This document shows positions 39,257 to 49,309 of a DNA stretch of 64,000 nucleotides, in pieces. This stretch comes from an uncultured Gammaproteobacteria bacterium (GTDB taxonomy: Bacteria; Patescibacteriota; Microgenomatia; UBA8517; JACQJR01). Position 1 is the first letter of the stretch. Every line of letters starts with the position of its first letter. Where the stretch lies: contig CAYTZB010000003.1 in assembly GCA_964442455.1 (NCBI GenBank), forward strand, positions 19,842-83,841. Reading direction: 5' to 3'. The notes beneath the pieces were generated by a model. It saw only the letters and a list, made by a program, of their open reading frames with translations, was not told the origin of the DNA and ran no database searches. Position numbers and translations under genes: made by a program.

Positions 39257-39336
39257 AATTGGGCACCATGGCGACACAAGTTCTTTAGATTCCCTTCCTT
39301 TTACCCCAAGTCCTTAGTACAGGGGTTTAACAAGAT

Positions 39337-40671
39337 ATGTATGGCGTGGGGTATAATACGGCTGTGAAAGACCTCTACGAACTGATTAGCAGAAAAAAAC
39401 TCAGTACGCCAGATAAGGTGTTGGGCTTCTGTTTCGAAAACAAGTTTAAGGAGGTTCTCGAAACTTGTTTCGAAGCACTTGTTATCACTCACAAGGCCAA
39501 GGGTAGTGAAGTTGTGCCCTCTTTGTTTAGTTTTTCAGCATCCTTAACACTAAGCGGGTCAAATTATCCTTGTGAGTCTTTAATGTGCCGAATGGACAGA
39601 GTAGCAGAGTTAGCGAAGTTTTCTTGTTTGTATTCCGATCGGACAACTATTTACAACCCCTTTGATTTTGTTTATTTCTACTTGAACCCGCAAGACGAAC
39701 CGGGGATGTCAGATGAAAGATTTCGAAAGGAAGCAGCCAATGCCTTTATGATATCTCTAGAATTTAGACCGTTGATAGAACGTGGACTCATTGTTTTTTC
39801 TAAAACAATCTCTTTAATTTGTTCAGAATGCAAAAAGAAAAAAGACAAGAAGGTTAACTCTATAGTGCAGGAATTAGAGGCAATTTCAAAAAACACACTC
39901 TTCCCATTACTTAAAGAAGAGATAGAAATAGAATATGGAGACGGTTTCTTCAACTTGGCTGGGATTGACTCGCTTATTGGGGATAATGTTTACTTACACT
40001 ATAAAAAATTTCCAACGTTTTTGTTAAAGAGTGGCAAAAAGGTAGAGAGCTTGAAAAGACTTGAGTATAACAATCCCTTGGTTCAGAGGATCGTTGGAGA
40101 AGCGATAGATAGTCTAGTTTTCCAAAAAATAGACAATCTTGAAAGCCTGACTCAGACATATTTGACATCCAATGTGCTTGAAAGGCTCTTGTTGGAAAAG
40201 TTGCAAATACAGACAGAGAGTAGGGCTTTCACCATGTTTACTGAGGGACTTCCAATAGTTCAAGATTTATCTTACGAGGAGATTATGAAAACAAGAGACT
40301 CCTACCCTGACGAGTTCGGGTCTTTTCAGGAACATGTTTCCAACTTGGTAACCAAAGCGAGGGCTTTCGAAACACAAAAAGAGTTTGATACGTACATATC
40401 CAGTAAACTTAAAAGGGATCTAAAAGATTTGGAAAAAATCCAAAACGAGGCAAAAAGGAAACTACGAATAAAAGGTTTTGCCGAAGGCGCATTTCTCAGT
40501 GCAGCAATAGCCATCTCCCCTTTGCCTAATTCTGCAATCCCTGGAATTTTGGGTGTTGCTAAGGCAATCTACGGTTGTACAAAACTAGTCACCGAAGCCG
40601 ACGAAACCGAAAAAAGAGTCCGTCGAAGTCCATTATTCTTTTATTACAAGCTTAGCAGGGCTAGGCACTAA
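39337..40671 (+). CDS. hypothetical protein (444 aa, no recognisable domain)
   Basis: Long ORF between the tRNA cluster and the rRNA operon. Predicted helical/coiled-coil regions. Confidence 0.3.
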   Translation: MYGVGYNTAVKDLYELISRKKLSTPDKVLGFCFENKFKEVLETCFEALVITHKAKGSEVVPSLFSFSASLTLSGSNYPCESLMCRMDRVAELAKFSCLYSDRTTIYNPFDFVYFYLNPQDEPGMSDERFRKEAANAFMISLEFRPLIERGLIVFSKTISLICSECKKKKDKKVNSIVQELEAISKNTLFPLLKEEIEIEYGDGFFNLAGIDSLIGDNVYLHYKKFPTFLLKSGKKVESLKRLEYNNPLVQRIVGEAIDSLVFQKIDNLESLTQTYLTSNVLERLLLEKLQIQTESRAFTMFTEGLPIVQDLSYEEIMKTRDSYPDEFGSFQEHVSNLVTKARAFETQKEFDTYISSKLKRDLKDLEKIQNEAKRKLRIKGFAEGAFLSAAIAISPLPNSAIPGILGVAKAIYGCTKLVTEADETEKRVRRSPLFFYYKLSRARH

Positions 40672-40703
40672 TTGATTATGGGCTCGAAAGGGTCTAGACC
40701 GAC

Positions 40704-41447
40704 ATGCTCAGCCAATTAAAACTACAGAATAACATGGACACAGATATTAAAAGACGAATAGAGGCGGCCTACACACTACTGCAGCAAGAGACGACTACGC
40801 GCGAAAAATTCGAGTCAGTGAGAACACTCATAAAGGGAATTAACCCTCAACTTGATAAGCAACTGACTAACGTTTCTCGTGCGCTTTCTGACATGGAGAA
40901 TCTCCAAAAAGGTCAAGTGATTGAGCTATCAGCCGAGCACTTACCAGAGCCAACAGAAGAAGATAAACGAAGAAAACGAGCACTTCTTTTGTTCATACGT
41001 ACATGGAAACAATTGGCTAGTGAAGTTGAACGAGTAAGGGCAGAAGTTGAGAAAATGGGAGAGCAGGAGTCAGTTAAGGAGAAAGCAACGAGTGTGAGCA
41101 AACTTGTGGGGCTGGCAAAAGGACCGTTTGGGATTATAACAGTTATTGCCCTTCTTATTGCTGGTGGATTTATACTTATTAATGGGCAAAGATCCTCAGT
41201 CCCAACCCAGCGTGTTACATCTTTACCATCCCCACCAAAAACTAAAGTGATTATTTTTAATGATAAGAAAATTCCAGTTAGTGGACTTCGAGTAGGTGAG
41301 GGTCCAGAATGTGAGGGACCGCATTACCATGCCAATGACGGTACCGCTACCCGCTCTCTTGATGGAAGTTTAGTTCCTGACCCCGGAGGTTGCGGATACG
41401 GCAAGGTGAGCGAGGTGGAAGTCGTCGAAGAAACAATCTTACAATAA
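40704..41447 (+). CDS. hypothetical coiled-coil protein with single TM and Cys/His-containing C-terminal tail
   Basis: N-terminal coiled-coil. TM GPFGIITVIALLIAGGFILI. C-terminal GPECEGPHYH...GGCGYG. Confidence 0.3.
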   Translation: MLSQLKLQNNMDTDIKRRIEAAYTLLQQETTTREKFESVRTLIKGINPQLDKQLTNVSRALSDMENLQKGQVIELSAEHLPEPTEEDKRRKRALLLFIRTWKQLASEVERVRAEVEKMGEQESVKEKATSVSKLVGLAKGPFGIITVIALLIAGGFILINGQRSSVPTQRVTSLPSPPKTKVIIFNDKKIPVSGLRVGEGPECEGPHYHANDGTATRSLDGSLVPDPGGCGYGKVSEVEVVEETILQ

Positions 41448-41551
41448 TATGGTATTTTACCTAAAAGTTCTCTTGACAAATTAATCTCCAGTTGATATCC
41501 TTTAGGTGGATATGAGAAGATTGTGACCAAGCCGGATGTATCTTCGTAGCG

Positions 41552-41579
41552 AATCCCGACTTGGTCGGGATTTTTTTGT
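41552..41579 (+). terminator. rho-independent terminator
   Basis: Stem ATCCCGAC-TTGG-TCGGGAT followed by a T7 tract. Confidence 0.5.
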
Positions 41580-41961
41580 ATACAATTGACATTTTTATAA
41601 CAGCATTCAAGAAAACCGCGACCCGTAAGGTCGCGGATGAATTGAACGCTGATATGTCATCCTCCTTTAGAGGTGAAAACCCCGTTCGTAAGAACGGGGA
41701 GGATGTCATAAATAGCATACAACCCTCCAGCAAACGCAGCTTGAGCCGTTCCGCCAGCTGGCGGATGAAAAGCGAAAGCTAAGTTGCGGAGGGTGGTTTA
41801 ATAAGCACCTTGACAATCAGAAAGTGATCGGAAGTCAATTTTTTGTACTTTCGATGTAACTCAGTACAAAAATACTGAGCGAAGTCGAATGTATTTTTGA
41901 GGGTTTGATCCTGGCCCAGGATGAACGCTAGCGGCGTGCCTTAGGCATGCAAGTAGAACGG

Positions 41962-42160
41962 TCCTTGTGCTTTGCACAAGGAAATTCGAAGCACGAATTT
42001 TAAAGCACGAAATTCGAATATCGAAGCACGAAACAAATCATAAATTCAAATTTTCAAATGTTTCAAACATTAGAATTTTGAACATTTAGTATTGTTTCGA
42101 ATTTCGTATTTCTGATTTCGAATTTAATTTTCTTTCGGATTTTCTCGCGCAGAGCGCGAG
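41962..42160 (+). repeat. intervening-sequence-like palindromic element inserted in 16S helix 6 (V1)
   Basis: Lies between GCAAGTAGAACGG and GGATAGTTGCAAACGGGTGAGTAACGCG. Bounded by hairpins CCTTGTGC-TTTG-CACAAGG and CTCGCGC-AGAG-CGCGAG. Core is the CGAAGCACGAA...TTCGAATTTCG element. Confidence 0.6.
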
Positions 42161-42941
42161 GATAGTTGCAAACGGGTGAGTAACGCGTAGGAATCTACCC
42201 TTTGGTGGGGTATAGTCCGCCGAAAGGCGGGGTAATTCCCCATAGTCTTGCAAGAGTAAAGCGCGTAACTGCGCACCAAAGGAGGAGCCTGCGTCCTATC
42301 AGCTAGTTGGTAGGGTAATGGCCTACCAAGGCAGTGACGGGTAGCTGGATTGAGAGATCGGTCAGCCACAAGGGCACTGAGACACGGGCCCTACACCTAC
42401 GGGTGGCAGCAACTGGGAATCGTCGGCAATGGGGGAAACCCTGACCGCGCGACGCCGCGTGAGGGATGACGGCCTTCGGGTTGTAAACCTCTAATATCCG
42501 CCGAAAGGCGAGATAAACTAGCGCCCGCAAACCACGTGCCAGCAGCTGCGGTGATACGTGGGGCGCAAGCGTTATCCGGATTTACTGGGCGTAAAGCGTT
42601 CGTAGGCGTCTCGGTAAGTCGCACTTTAAATACTCGGGCTTAACTCGAGAAATGGGTGCGATACTGTCGGGATTGAGTGTGCGAGGGGGTACTGGAACTG
42701 CCGGTGTAGGGGTGAAATCCGTTGATATCGGCAGGAACACCAAGGGCGAAGGCGAGTACCTGGCGCATAACTGACGTTGAGGGACAAAAGCTAGGGGAGC
42801 GAACCGGATTAGAGACCCGGGTAGTCCTAGCCGTAAACGATGCTCGCTAGCTGCCTCACTCTTTCTGTGCATGAGATTATCTTACTAATTATTTTGTGCT
42901 TAGAAAGTGTGGGGTGGCGTAAGCTAACGCGTTAAGCGAGT

Positions 42942-42990
<49 letters not shown>

Positions 42991-43107
42991 ACCTGCACAA
43001 CCAGTGGAGCATGTGGTTTAATTCGAGACAAACCGAAGGACCTTACCTGGGTTTGACATGCTACCGTTCACCCCGATGGAAACATCGGGGGATCAGCAAT
43101 GATGGTA

Positions 43108-43151
<44 letters not shown>

Positions 43152-43538
43152 CGGCTTCAGTGCCGTAACGAGCGCAACCCCTACCTGCTGTTAGATTATT
43201 CAGCGGGGACGGTCTCCCTTCGGGGAGAAGGAAGGAGGGGATGATGTCAAGTCAGCATGGCCCTTATACCCAGGGCAACACACATGCTACAATGACCGCG
43301 ACAATGGGTTGCCAAGCCGTAAGGTGGAGCTAATCCCATCAAACGTGGTCTCAGTGGGGATTGTGGGCTGCAACTCGCCCACATGAACGCGGAATTGGTA
43401 GTAATCGCGGGTCAGCTATACCGCGGTGAATACGTTATCAGGTCTTGTACACACCGCCCGTCAAGCCAGCAAAGTTGGGGGCACCTGAAGGTCCCTTTTT
43501 GGGAACGAGGGTGAATCCAGCGATGAGGACTAAGTCGT

Positions 43539-44282
43539 AGACGCAAACTGCGTTTGTTGCGACCTTCTGGAGTAATCCAGTTGAAAAATTCAACTGTATC
43601 GGTGAACTCCTACTTGATATTCGCGTCATCTTCGGATACGCTGAATTAAAAAGGAGAATACCGAGGGAAGTCTCCCATTAGATACGAAGTTATCTAACGG
43701 GATGACCCCGTAGAGACTACACGTTGACTCCTCAAGAATGACTAAAGCATATTTGCTTGGCGCTTTACATGACGGTACCGTACGGAGACTAACTTATCGC
43801 ATCGTCCAGAAAGATCAAGAGTACATTGAATTTCTTGTAAAAGGGATTCAGAATCTTGGTCAAAAAGTCTGGATGTATAAAGAAGGGAAGAGCAGACAAC
43901 TTTATGTTGCCGAGTTCTCAAGAAACTTCTTAAAAGATTTTGTTTTGCAAACTTTGCAGGACAAAGTTGATTACATCCGAGGTTATTTCGATGCAGAAGG
44001 TGGAGTCTCGAGAAATCCAAAAGTTCGATACTACATTTATTTCGCTCAGAAAAATCTAAAAGATTTAGAGCAGGTAAAAAGATTTTTAGAAGAACTAGGG
44101 ATAGAATGCGGTATCTTACATAATCCAAGCAAAGGAGTAGACCCCAATTATTGGCGATTTTTCGTTAGAGCTTGTTCTTACGGAAGATTTGCACACTTAA
44201 TTGGAAGTTGGCATCCTGTTAAAAGTCAATTTTTGAGGATGAAGATATAGTCCATGCCACTAGTAATAGTTGGAGTAACATG
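43539..44282 (+). mobile_element. intron in 16S rRNA at E. coli position ~1506 (putative group I), encoding a homing endonuclease
   Basis: Removing 43539-44282 restores the universal AAGTCGT|AACAAGGTA. The 5' exon ends in U and the insertion ends in G. Confidence 0.7.
43738..44250 (+). CDS. LAGLIDADG-family homing endonuclease (intron-encoded)
   Basis: Two LAGLIDADG-like motifs, LLGALHDGTV and IRGYFDAEGGV. 170 aa. Located entirely inside the 16S insertion. Confidence 0.8.
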   Translation: MTKAYLLGALHDGTVRRLTYRIVQKDQEYIEFLVKGIQNLGQKVWMYKEGKSRQLYVAEFSRNFLKDFVLQTLQDKVDYIRGYFDAEGGVSRNPKVRYYIYFAQKNLKDLEQVKRFLEELGIECGILHNPSKGVDPNYWRFFVRACSYGRFAHLIGSWHPVKSQFLRMKI

Positions 44283-44595
44283 AACAAGGTATCCGTACTG
44301 GAAGGTGCGGATGGATCACCTCCTTTCTAGGAGAAATAGGGTTCACGGCCCTATCCGCCAATTGGCGGAGTGATATTCACCCGAGAGTTTACCTTTACTC
44401 TCGTTTCCTCCCAAAGCCCATTTTGGGCATTGTGGCGGACCAGCCTAAATACTTTTGTTTTTGGCTGGAAACAACAAAAGGATTCTTCCGGTCACTTTCT
44501 GAAGGTCAAGGAAAAAATCCCTAGCAAACGCTGGGGATTTTTTGCCTCCGGCCCTTGAGGGCCTCTGGCCCGGAGGGTATAATTAATGTGCCTTT

Positions 44596-44805
44596 GGGCT
44601 GCTGGTTCAGCGGTAGAACGCTTTCCTGATGACAAACAAAGTTTGACATATCAAATTTTGATACATAACATGGGTGCGTGGCTCAGTGGTAGAGCGTCGT
44701 CCTGATAAGACGAAGGTCCTTGGTTCGATCCCAAGCGCACCCACACAGCAAAGTACAAAATTTGTTATAAGAAAGAGGTGCTAGGTTCGACTCCTAGGCA
44801 GCCCA
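44596..44805 (+). tRNA. split tRNA with GAU anticodon (tRNA-Ile-like) carrying a 136-nt insertion in the anticodon loop
   Basis: The 5' half 44596-44632 and 3' half 44770-44805 pair perfectly: acceptor GGGCTGC/GCAGCCC, D-stem GTTC/GAAC, anticodon stem CTTTC/GAAAG, T-arm CTAGG-TTCGACT-CCTAG. The anticodon loop CTGATGA is interrupted at the canonical 37/38 site. Confidence 0.6.
44672..44743 (+). tRNA. tRNA-Ile(GAT), nested inside the insertion of the outer tRNA
   Basis: Manual cloverleaf. Acceptor GGGTGCG/CGCACCC. Anticodon stem TCGTC/GACGA. Loop CTGATAA. T-loop TTCGATC. Confidence 0.85.
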
Positions 44806-45277
44806 CTACCAAAATCAAAATTTCAAGTCCGTTATCCCTCCCTCACCCACACAATTCACAGTTGACCCATTCGGCTTAGCTCAGGTCTTCGACTCTGAGG
44901 TTGAGCACCTCAGTGCTCAGACTCGAAGAGGTCAATCCTGAATATAATTGAAGGGTTGACAAGCTTCTTTTAATTCCTCTATAATGTAACGTACTGGGTT
45001 AGCCAGTTTTCCTGAATGAGAAGAATCTTACAATCCTTAAAAGCGATTTCGCGGAAATTTTGGCGTGGCAAAGAATAGATAGCTAAGGAAATTCTTCTTG
45101 AGTTTGAAACTGGCGAACCCGCCAGTTTTTTTTGTGTACCTTTAGAATTATAAAAACAAGCTTTGCTTGTTTTTCGCTTTGCTCAAAATAGTACACAACC
45201 CTACCAAAATCGCAGCACGAAGCGTATACGAATAGTATTGAAAAGCTGAGTGCTAAGATTGGGAGGGTATTACATAC

Positions 45278-45350
45278 GGGCCCGTAGTTCAACCGGCAGA
45301 ACACTTCATTTGCAATGAAGAGGTAGGCGGTTCGACACCGCCCGGGTCCA
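45278..45350 (+). tRNA. tRNA-Ala(TGC)
   Basis: G3:U70 identity pair (GGGCCCG/CGGGTCC). Anticodon loop TTTGCAA. T-loop TTCGACA. Confidence 0.85.
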
Positions 45351-45909
45351 CAATCCGCCAGCTGGCGGAGGTTCTTTGACAACCAAGAGAAAATTGTGCA
45401 AGATTTAAACTATTTGCCTTTTGATAACACGAGGCAAGATAGTGGAGTAGAGCCGTGTCAACAGAACGCGCACAGTGGATGCCTTGGCACACGCTACCGA
45501 AGAAGGACGCAGTTGGCCGCGATACTCGTCGGATAGGTGCCAACAACCGATAATCCGGCGATTTCCGAATGGGGAAACCCCTCCGATGGTAACATCGGAG
45601 AGCCCCCGATTTAATCGGGGGTGGGGAACTCGGGGAACTGAAACATCTAAGTACCCGGAGGAAGAGAAATCTAAGAGATTCCGTCAGTAGCGGTGAGCGA
45701 AAGCGGAAGAGCCTAAACCCCCTCGTGGGGTGTTGTGGGACTAACATACGGGATGGAGGAGGATAGCAGAAGAGTCTGGAATGGCTCACCAAAGAAGGTG
45801 AAAGTCCGGTACGCGAAATCCAAATCCACCTAGTTTTGCTCCCAAGTACCATGGAGCAGATACTCTGTGGGAATCTGGGGGGACCACCCTCCAAGGCTAA
45901 ATATAGTGT

Positions 45910-45952
<43 letters not shown>

Positions 45953-46009
45953 TGGGCGGGACGCCCAGTGAAATAGAACCTGAAACTGTGTGCGAACAAG
46001 CCGGTAGAG

Positions 46010-46203
46010 CTTGTGCATGGCACAAGAAATTCGAAGCACGAATTTTAAAGCACGAAATTCGAATATCGAAGCACGAAACAAATCATAAATTCAAATTTTC
46101 AAATGTTTCAAACATTAGAATTTTGAACATTTAGTATTGTTTCGAATTTCGTATTTCTGATTTCGAATTTAATTTTCTTTCGAGTTTCTCGCGCTGTGCG
46201 CGA
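46010..46203 (+). repeat. intervening-sequence-like palindromic element in 23S helix 25 region (E. coli ~540)
   Basis: Lies between ...GAACAAGCCGGTAGAG and TGATACCGTGCCTATTGAAGAATGAGCCGGCGAGT. Hairpins CTTGTGC-ATGG-CACAAG and CTCGCGC-TGTG-CGCGAG. The core is nearly identical to the 16S copy. Confidence 0.6.
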
Positions 46204-46716
46204 GTGATACCGTGCCTATTGAAGAATGAGCCGGCGAGTCCTCATCGTTTCTGTGTCTAAGTCATTAACTGACGCAGGCATAGAGAAATCGAGTGTGAAT
46301 AGCGCGTTTCTGGTCTATACCAGATTAGAAACGGTGGGGGACCCGAAACCGGGCGATCTATCCATGGGCAGGGTGAACCCCGCAGAAATGCGGGGGAAGG
46401 CCCGAACCCGTCTAGGGGACAATCTGGTGGGATGACCTGTGGATAGCGGTAAAATGCCAATCGAGCCCGGAGATAGCTGGTTCTCCCCGAAAGGTCTATG
46501 GGGACCGCGGAAGTAAAAAGCGTGTCAGGGGTAGAGCACTGAATGGGTGGAGGAGGGTAACCGACTTCACTCAATCAAACTCCGAATACTGGCGCGTATA
46601 AATCCAGACAGACTCACGGGGCTAAGCTCGTGAGTCGAGAGGGAAACAGCCCAGATTCTCGTCTAAGGTCTCGAAGTCTTGGCTCAGTTGGAAAGGATGT
46701 CATATTCCCAAGACAC

Positions 46717-46747
<31 letters not shown>

Positions 46748-46845
46748 TAAAGAAAGCGTAACAGCTCACTGGAAGAGGCCCGCATGGGCTGGGAGTATGG
46801 CGCCGAAAATGATCGAGGATTAAGCCAAGCACCGAAGACAGAGGG

Positions 46846-47013
46846 CCTTGTCATTTGGACAGGGAAATTCGAAGCACGAATATCGAAGCTCGAAACAATA
46901 TCAAAATTCAAAAATTTAAATTTCAAAATTATTTTGAATTTAGTATTTTAAGAATTGTAATTTGTTTCGGATTTCGGATTTAGAATTTCGGATTTTCTCG
47001 CCCAGAGGGCGAG
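46846..47013 (+). repeat. intervening-sequence-like palindromic element in 23S helix 45 region (E. coli ~1170)
   Basis: Lies just before the conserved TTGGTAGGGGAGCGTTCCGTA. Hairpins CCTTGTC-ATTTG-GACAGG and CTCGCCC-AGAG-GGCGAG flank a GAAATTCGAAGCACGAA ... TTTCGGATTTCGGATTT core. Confidence 0.6.
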
Positions 47014-48369
47014 GTTGGTAGGGGAGCGTTCCGTATGCGGTGAAGTTTCACCGTAAGGTGAGGTGGAGCGTACGGAAGTGAGAATGCCGGCATGAGTAGC
47101 GTACGAGTCCGGTGAGAATCCGGACCGCCGAATACCCAAGGTTTCCGTCGCAACGTTCGTCGACGACGGGTTAGTCGGTCCTAAGGAGAGCCCGCCAACT
47201 GGCGGGGTATCTGATGGGAAAGCCGTTAATAATCGGCTACTCGTTTTGTATCGTTATTTAGCCAGGGGTTGACGAGTGTGGAGGTGTTGGGCCCTATACA
47301 GATTGGGGTGTAAGCTGCAAGGCAGTTCCGGCAGGGAAATCCGCCGAAGCGTTTTAACCGAGCAGCAATGCAGACCCCCGTAAGGGGGAATTCAACTACC
47401 TTTAGACTCCGAGAAAAGACTCGTGGTGAGATACAGAACGGACCGTACCGCAAACCGACACTGGTGGGTTGGCAGAGTATGCTAAGGCGAGTGGGAGAAA
47501 GAGGCTCAAGGAACTCGGCAAACAAGCTGGACGTAAGTTCGCAAGATGTCCTCCCCACCCTTTCTGGGTATCAGTATTCCGATATGGGTATTGGTATTTA
47601 GAAAGGGTGGGGTGCAACAAATGACTGTCTCTCGACTGTTTAGCAAAAACACAGGTCCCTGCAAACCCGAAAGGGAAGGTATAGGGGCTGACGCCTGCCC
47701 AGTGCCGGTAAGTCAAGGGGAGGTGTCCGTTGTCCGCCTTTGGCGGACTATGGAGCACTGAACTGAAGCTCCGGTAAACGGCAGCAGTAACTATAACTGT
47801 TCTACGGTAGCGAAGTTCCTTGTCGTGTAAGTTACGACCCGCACGAAAGGCGTCACGAGGAGACAACTGTCTTGAGCCTTTACCCAGCGAAATTGCGATG
47901 GCTGTGAAGACGCGGCCTACTTGCACCAGGACAAATAGACCCCGTGGAGCTTTACTGCAACCTGGCATTGCTACCATTTGTTTTGATTGTTGAGCGTAGG
48001 AGGGAGTCCTTTCCGCAAGGTCAGGACGTCAATGAAACACCTCTCTTCAAAATACGTGGGGCTTATCTGAGTCCGCTGGAAACGCGGATAGAAACAGTGC
48101 TTGGTGGGCAGTTTTACTGGGGCGGTATCCTGCTAAAGTGTAACGCAGGAGTGCAAAGGTCGGCTTAGCACGGATGGAAATCGTGCTGGACGGGTAAGAC
48201 CTTAAGCCGGCTTGACTGCAAGGTCGACGGACCGAGCAGGTACGAAAGTAGGTTCTAGTGATCCTCGCGTTCGTCGTGGGACGGCGCGGGCTTAACGGAT
48301 AAAAGCTACCCCGGGGATAACAGAGTAGTCGGTCCCGAGAGTCCATATCGACGGGCCGGTTCGCTACCT

Positions 48370-48720
48370 CAACAATGACATCGGGGTCCTTCGATGGTAA
48401 CATCGGAGTGCTGTTAGTCAAACTCTACCAGTAGTTTGGCAAAATATCGACTCATAACGGTGAATCCTGTATATTGACATTCGTGTATCTTTCGGGATAA
48501 CGTTAGTTAATAATGGTAACACCGTGGGAAGTTTATCGGATGTTCAACAACAATTAATTTTAGGTTGTGTCTTGGCGGTATAAAATTCCGATATAACCCC
48601 GTATCGACTTTTTCTTTTTAAGAAAAGATGGAGAGTTTTCTCCATAATACGTCGACGCCCATTTTGTTGTGATGGGTGAAGGTATAGTCAGGCTACCACG
48701 AAAGTGGATAGGTTTATTTG
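48370..48720 (+). mobile_element. ORF-less intron-like insertion in 23S rRNA at E. coli ~2499/2500 (candidate group I intron)
   Basis: Removing 48370-48720 restores GCTACCT|CGATGTCGGCTC (E. coli GGCACCTCGATGTCGGCTC). The exon ends in U and the insertion ends in G. GAAGGTATAGTCAGG resembles the group I S element AAGATATAGTCC. Confidence 0.45.
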
Positions 48721-49157
48721 CGATGTCGGCTCAGCGTATCCTGGGGGTGAAGAAGCTCCCAAGGGTTGGTCTGTTCGCCCATTAAAACGCTACGCGAGCT
48801 GGGTTCAGAACGATGTGAATCAGTTCGGACTCTATCCGGTGCAAGCGTGAGAGTCTTGAGGGGATCTGGCCTCAGTACGAGAGGACCAGGCTGGAGGAAT
48901 CCCTAGTGTGCCGGTTGTCCCATCCGGGGCAACGCCGGGTAGCTACATTCCTACGGGATAACTGTTGAAAGCATCAAATCAGGAAACCCACCCCAAGATG
49001 AGGACTCCTTATCAAGACCCCTGGAAGATTACCAGGTTGATAGGTAGGAGGTGGAAGGAGAGCAATCTCTTAAGCCTACCTATACTAATTGGTCAACACA
49101 CGGCTTACTCCACACATTTTGTTTCGTGTTATTAGAAGGCAATTTTCTCATGAGTTG

Positions 49158-49280
49158 TTTGGCCTGGTGGCTCGAGCGGTATGGAACCACCTCTTCCCAT
49201 CTCGAACAGAGAAGTGAAACGTACCAGCGCCGACGATATCCTAACATTACGTTTGGGGAAAATAGGTCGTTGCCAGGCCA
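49158..49280 (+). rRNA. 5S rRNA
   Basis: TTGGCCTGGTGGC...CCCATCTCGAACAGAGAAGTGAAAC...TGCCAGGCCA. Typical 5S ends and loop C. About 120 nt. Confidence 0.8.
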
Positions 49281-49309
49281 AATTTAAAGAAAGGTGGTTG
49301 TCGTGATTT

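Noticed and set aside
38888-41447. Integrated mobile element or genomic island at the tRNA cluster
   Set aside because: No integrase, recombinase or transposase, and no direct repeat of a tRNA 3' end could be found. Kept only as an uncharacterised two-gene module.
44850-44940. Possible additional tRNA or ncRNA in the spacer (palindromes GAGCACCTCAGTGCTC, CTCAGGTCTTCGACTCTGAGG)
   Set aside because: No cloverleaf can be drawn. More likely rRNA processing stems of the 16S-23S spacer.
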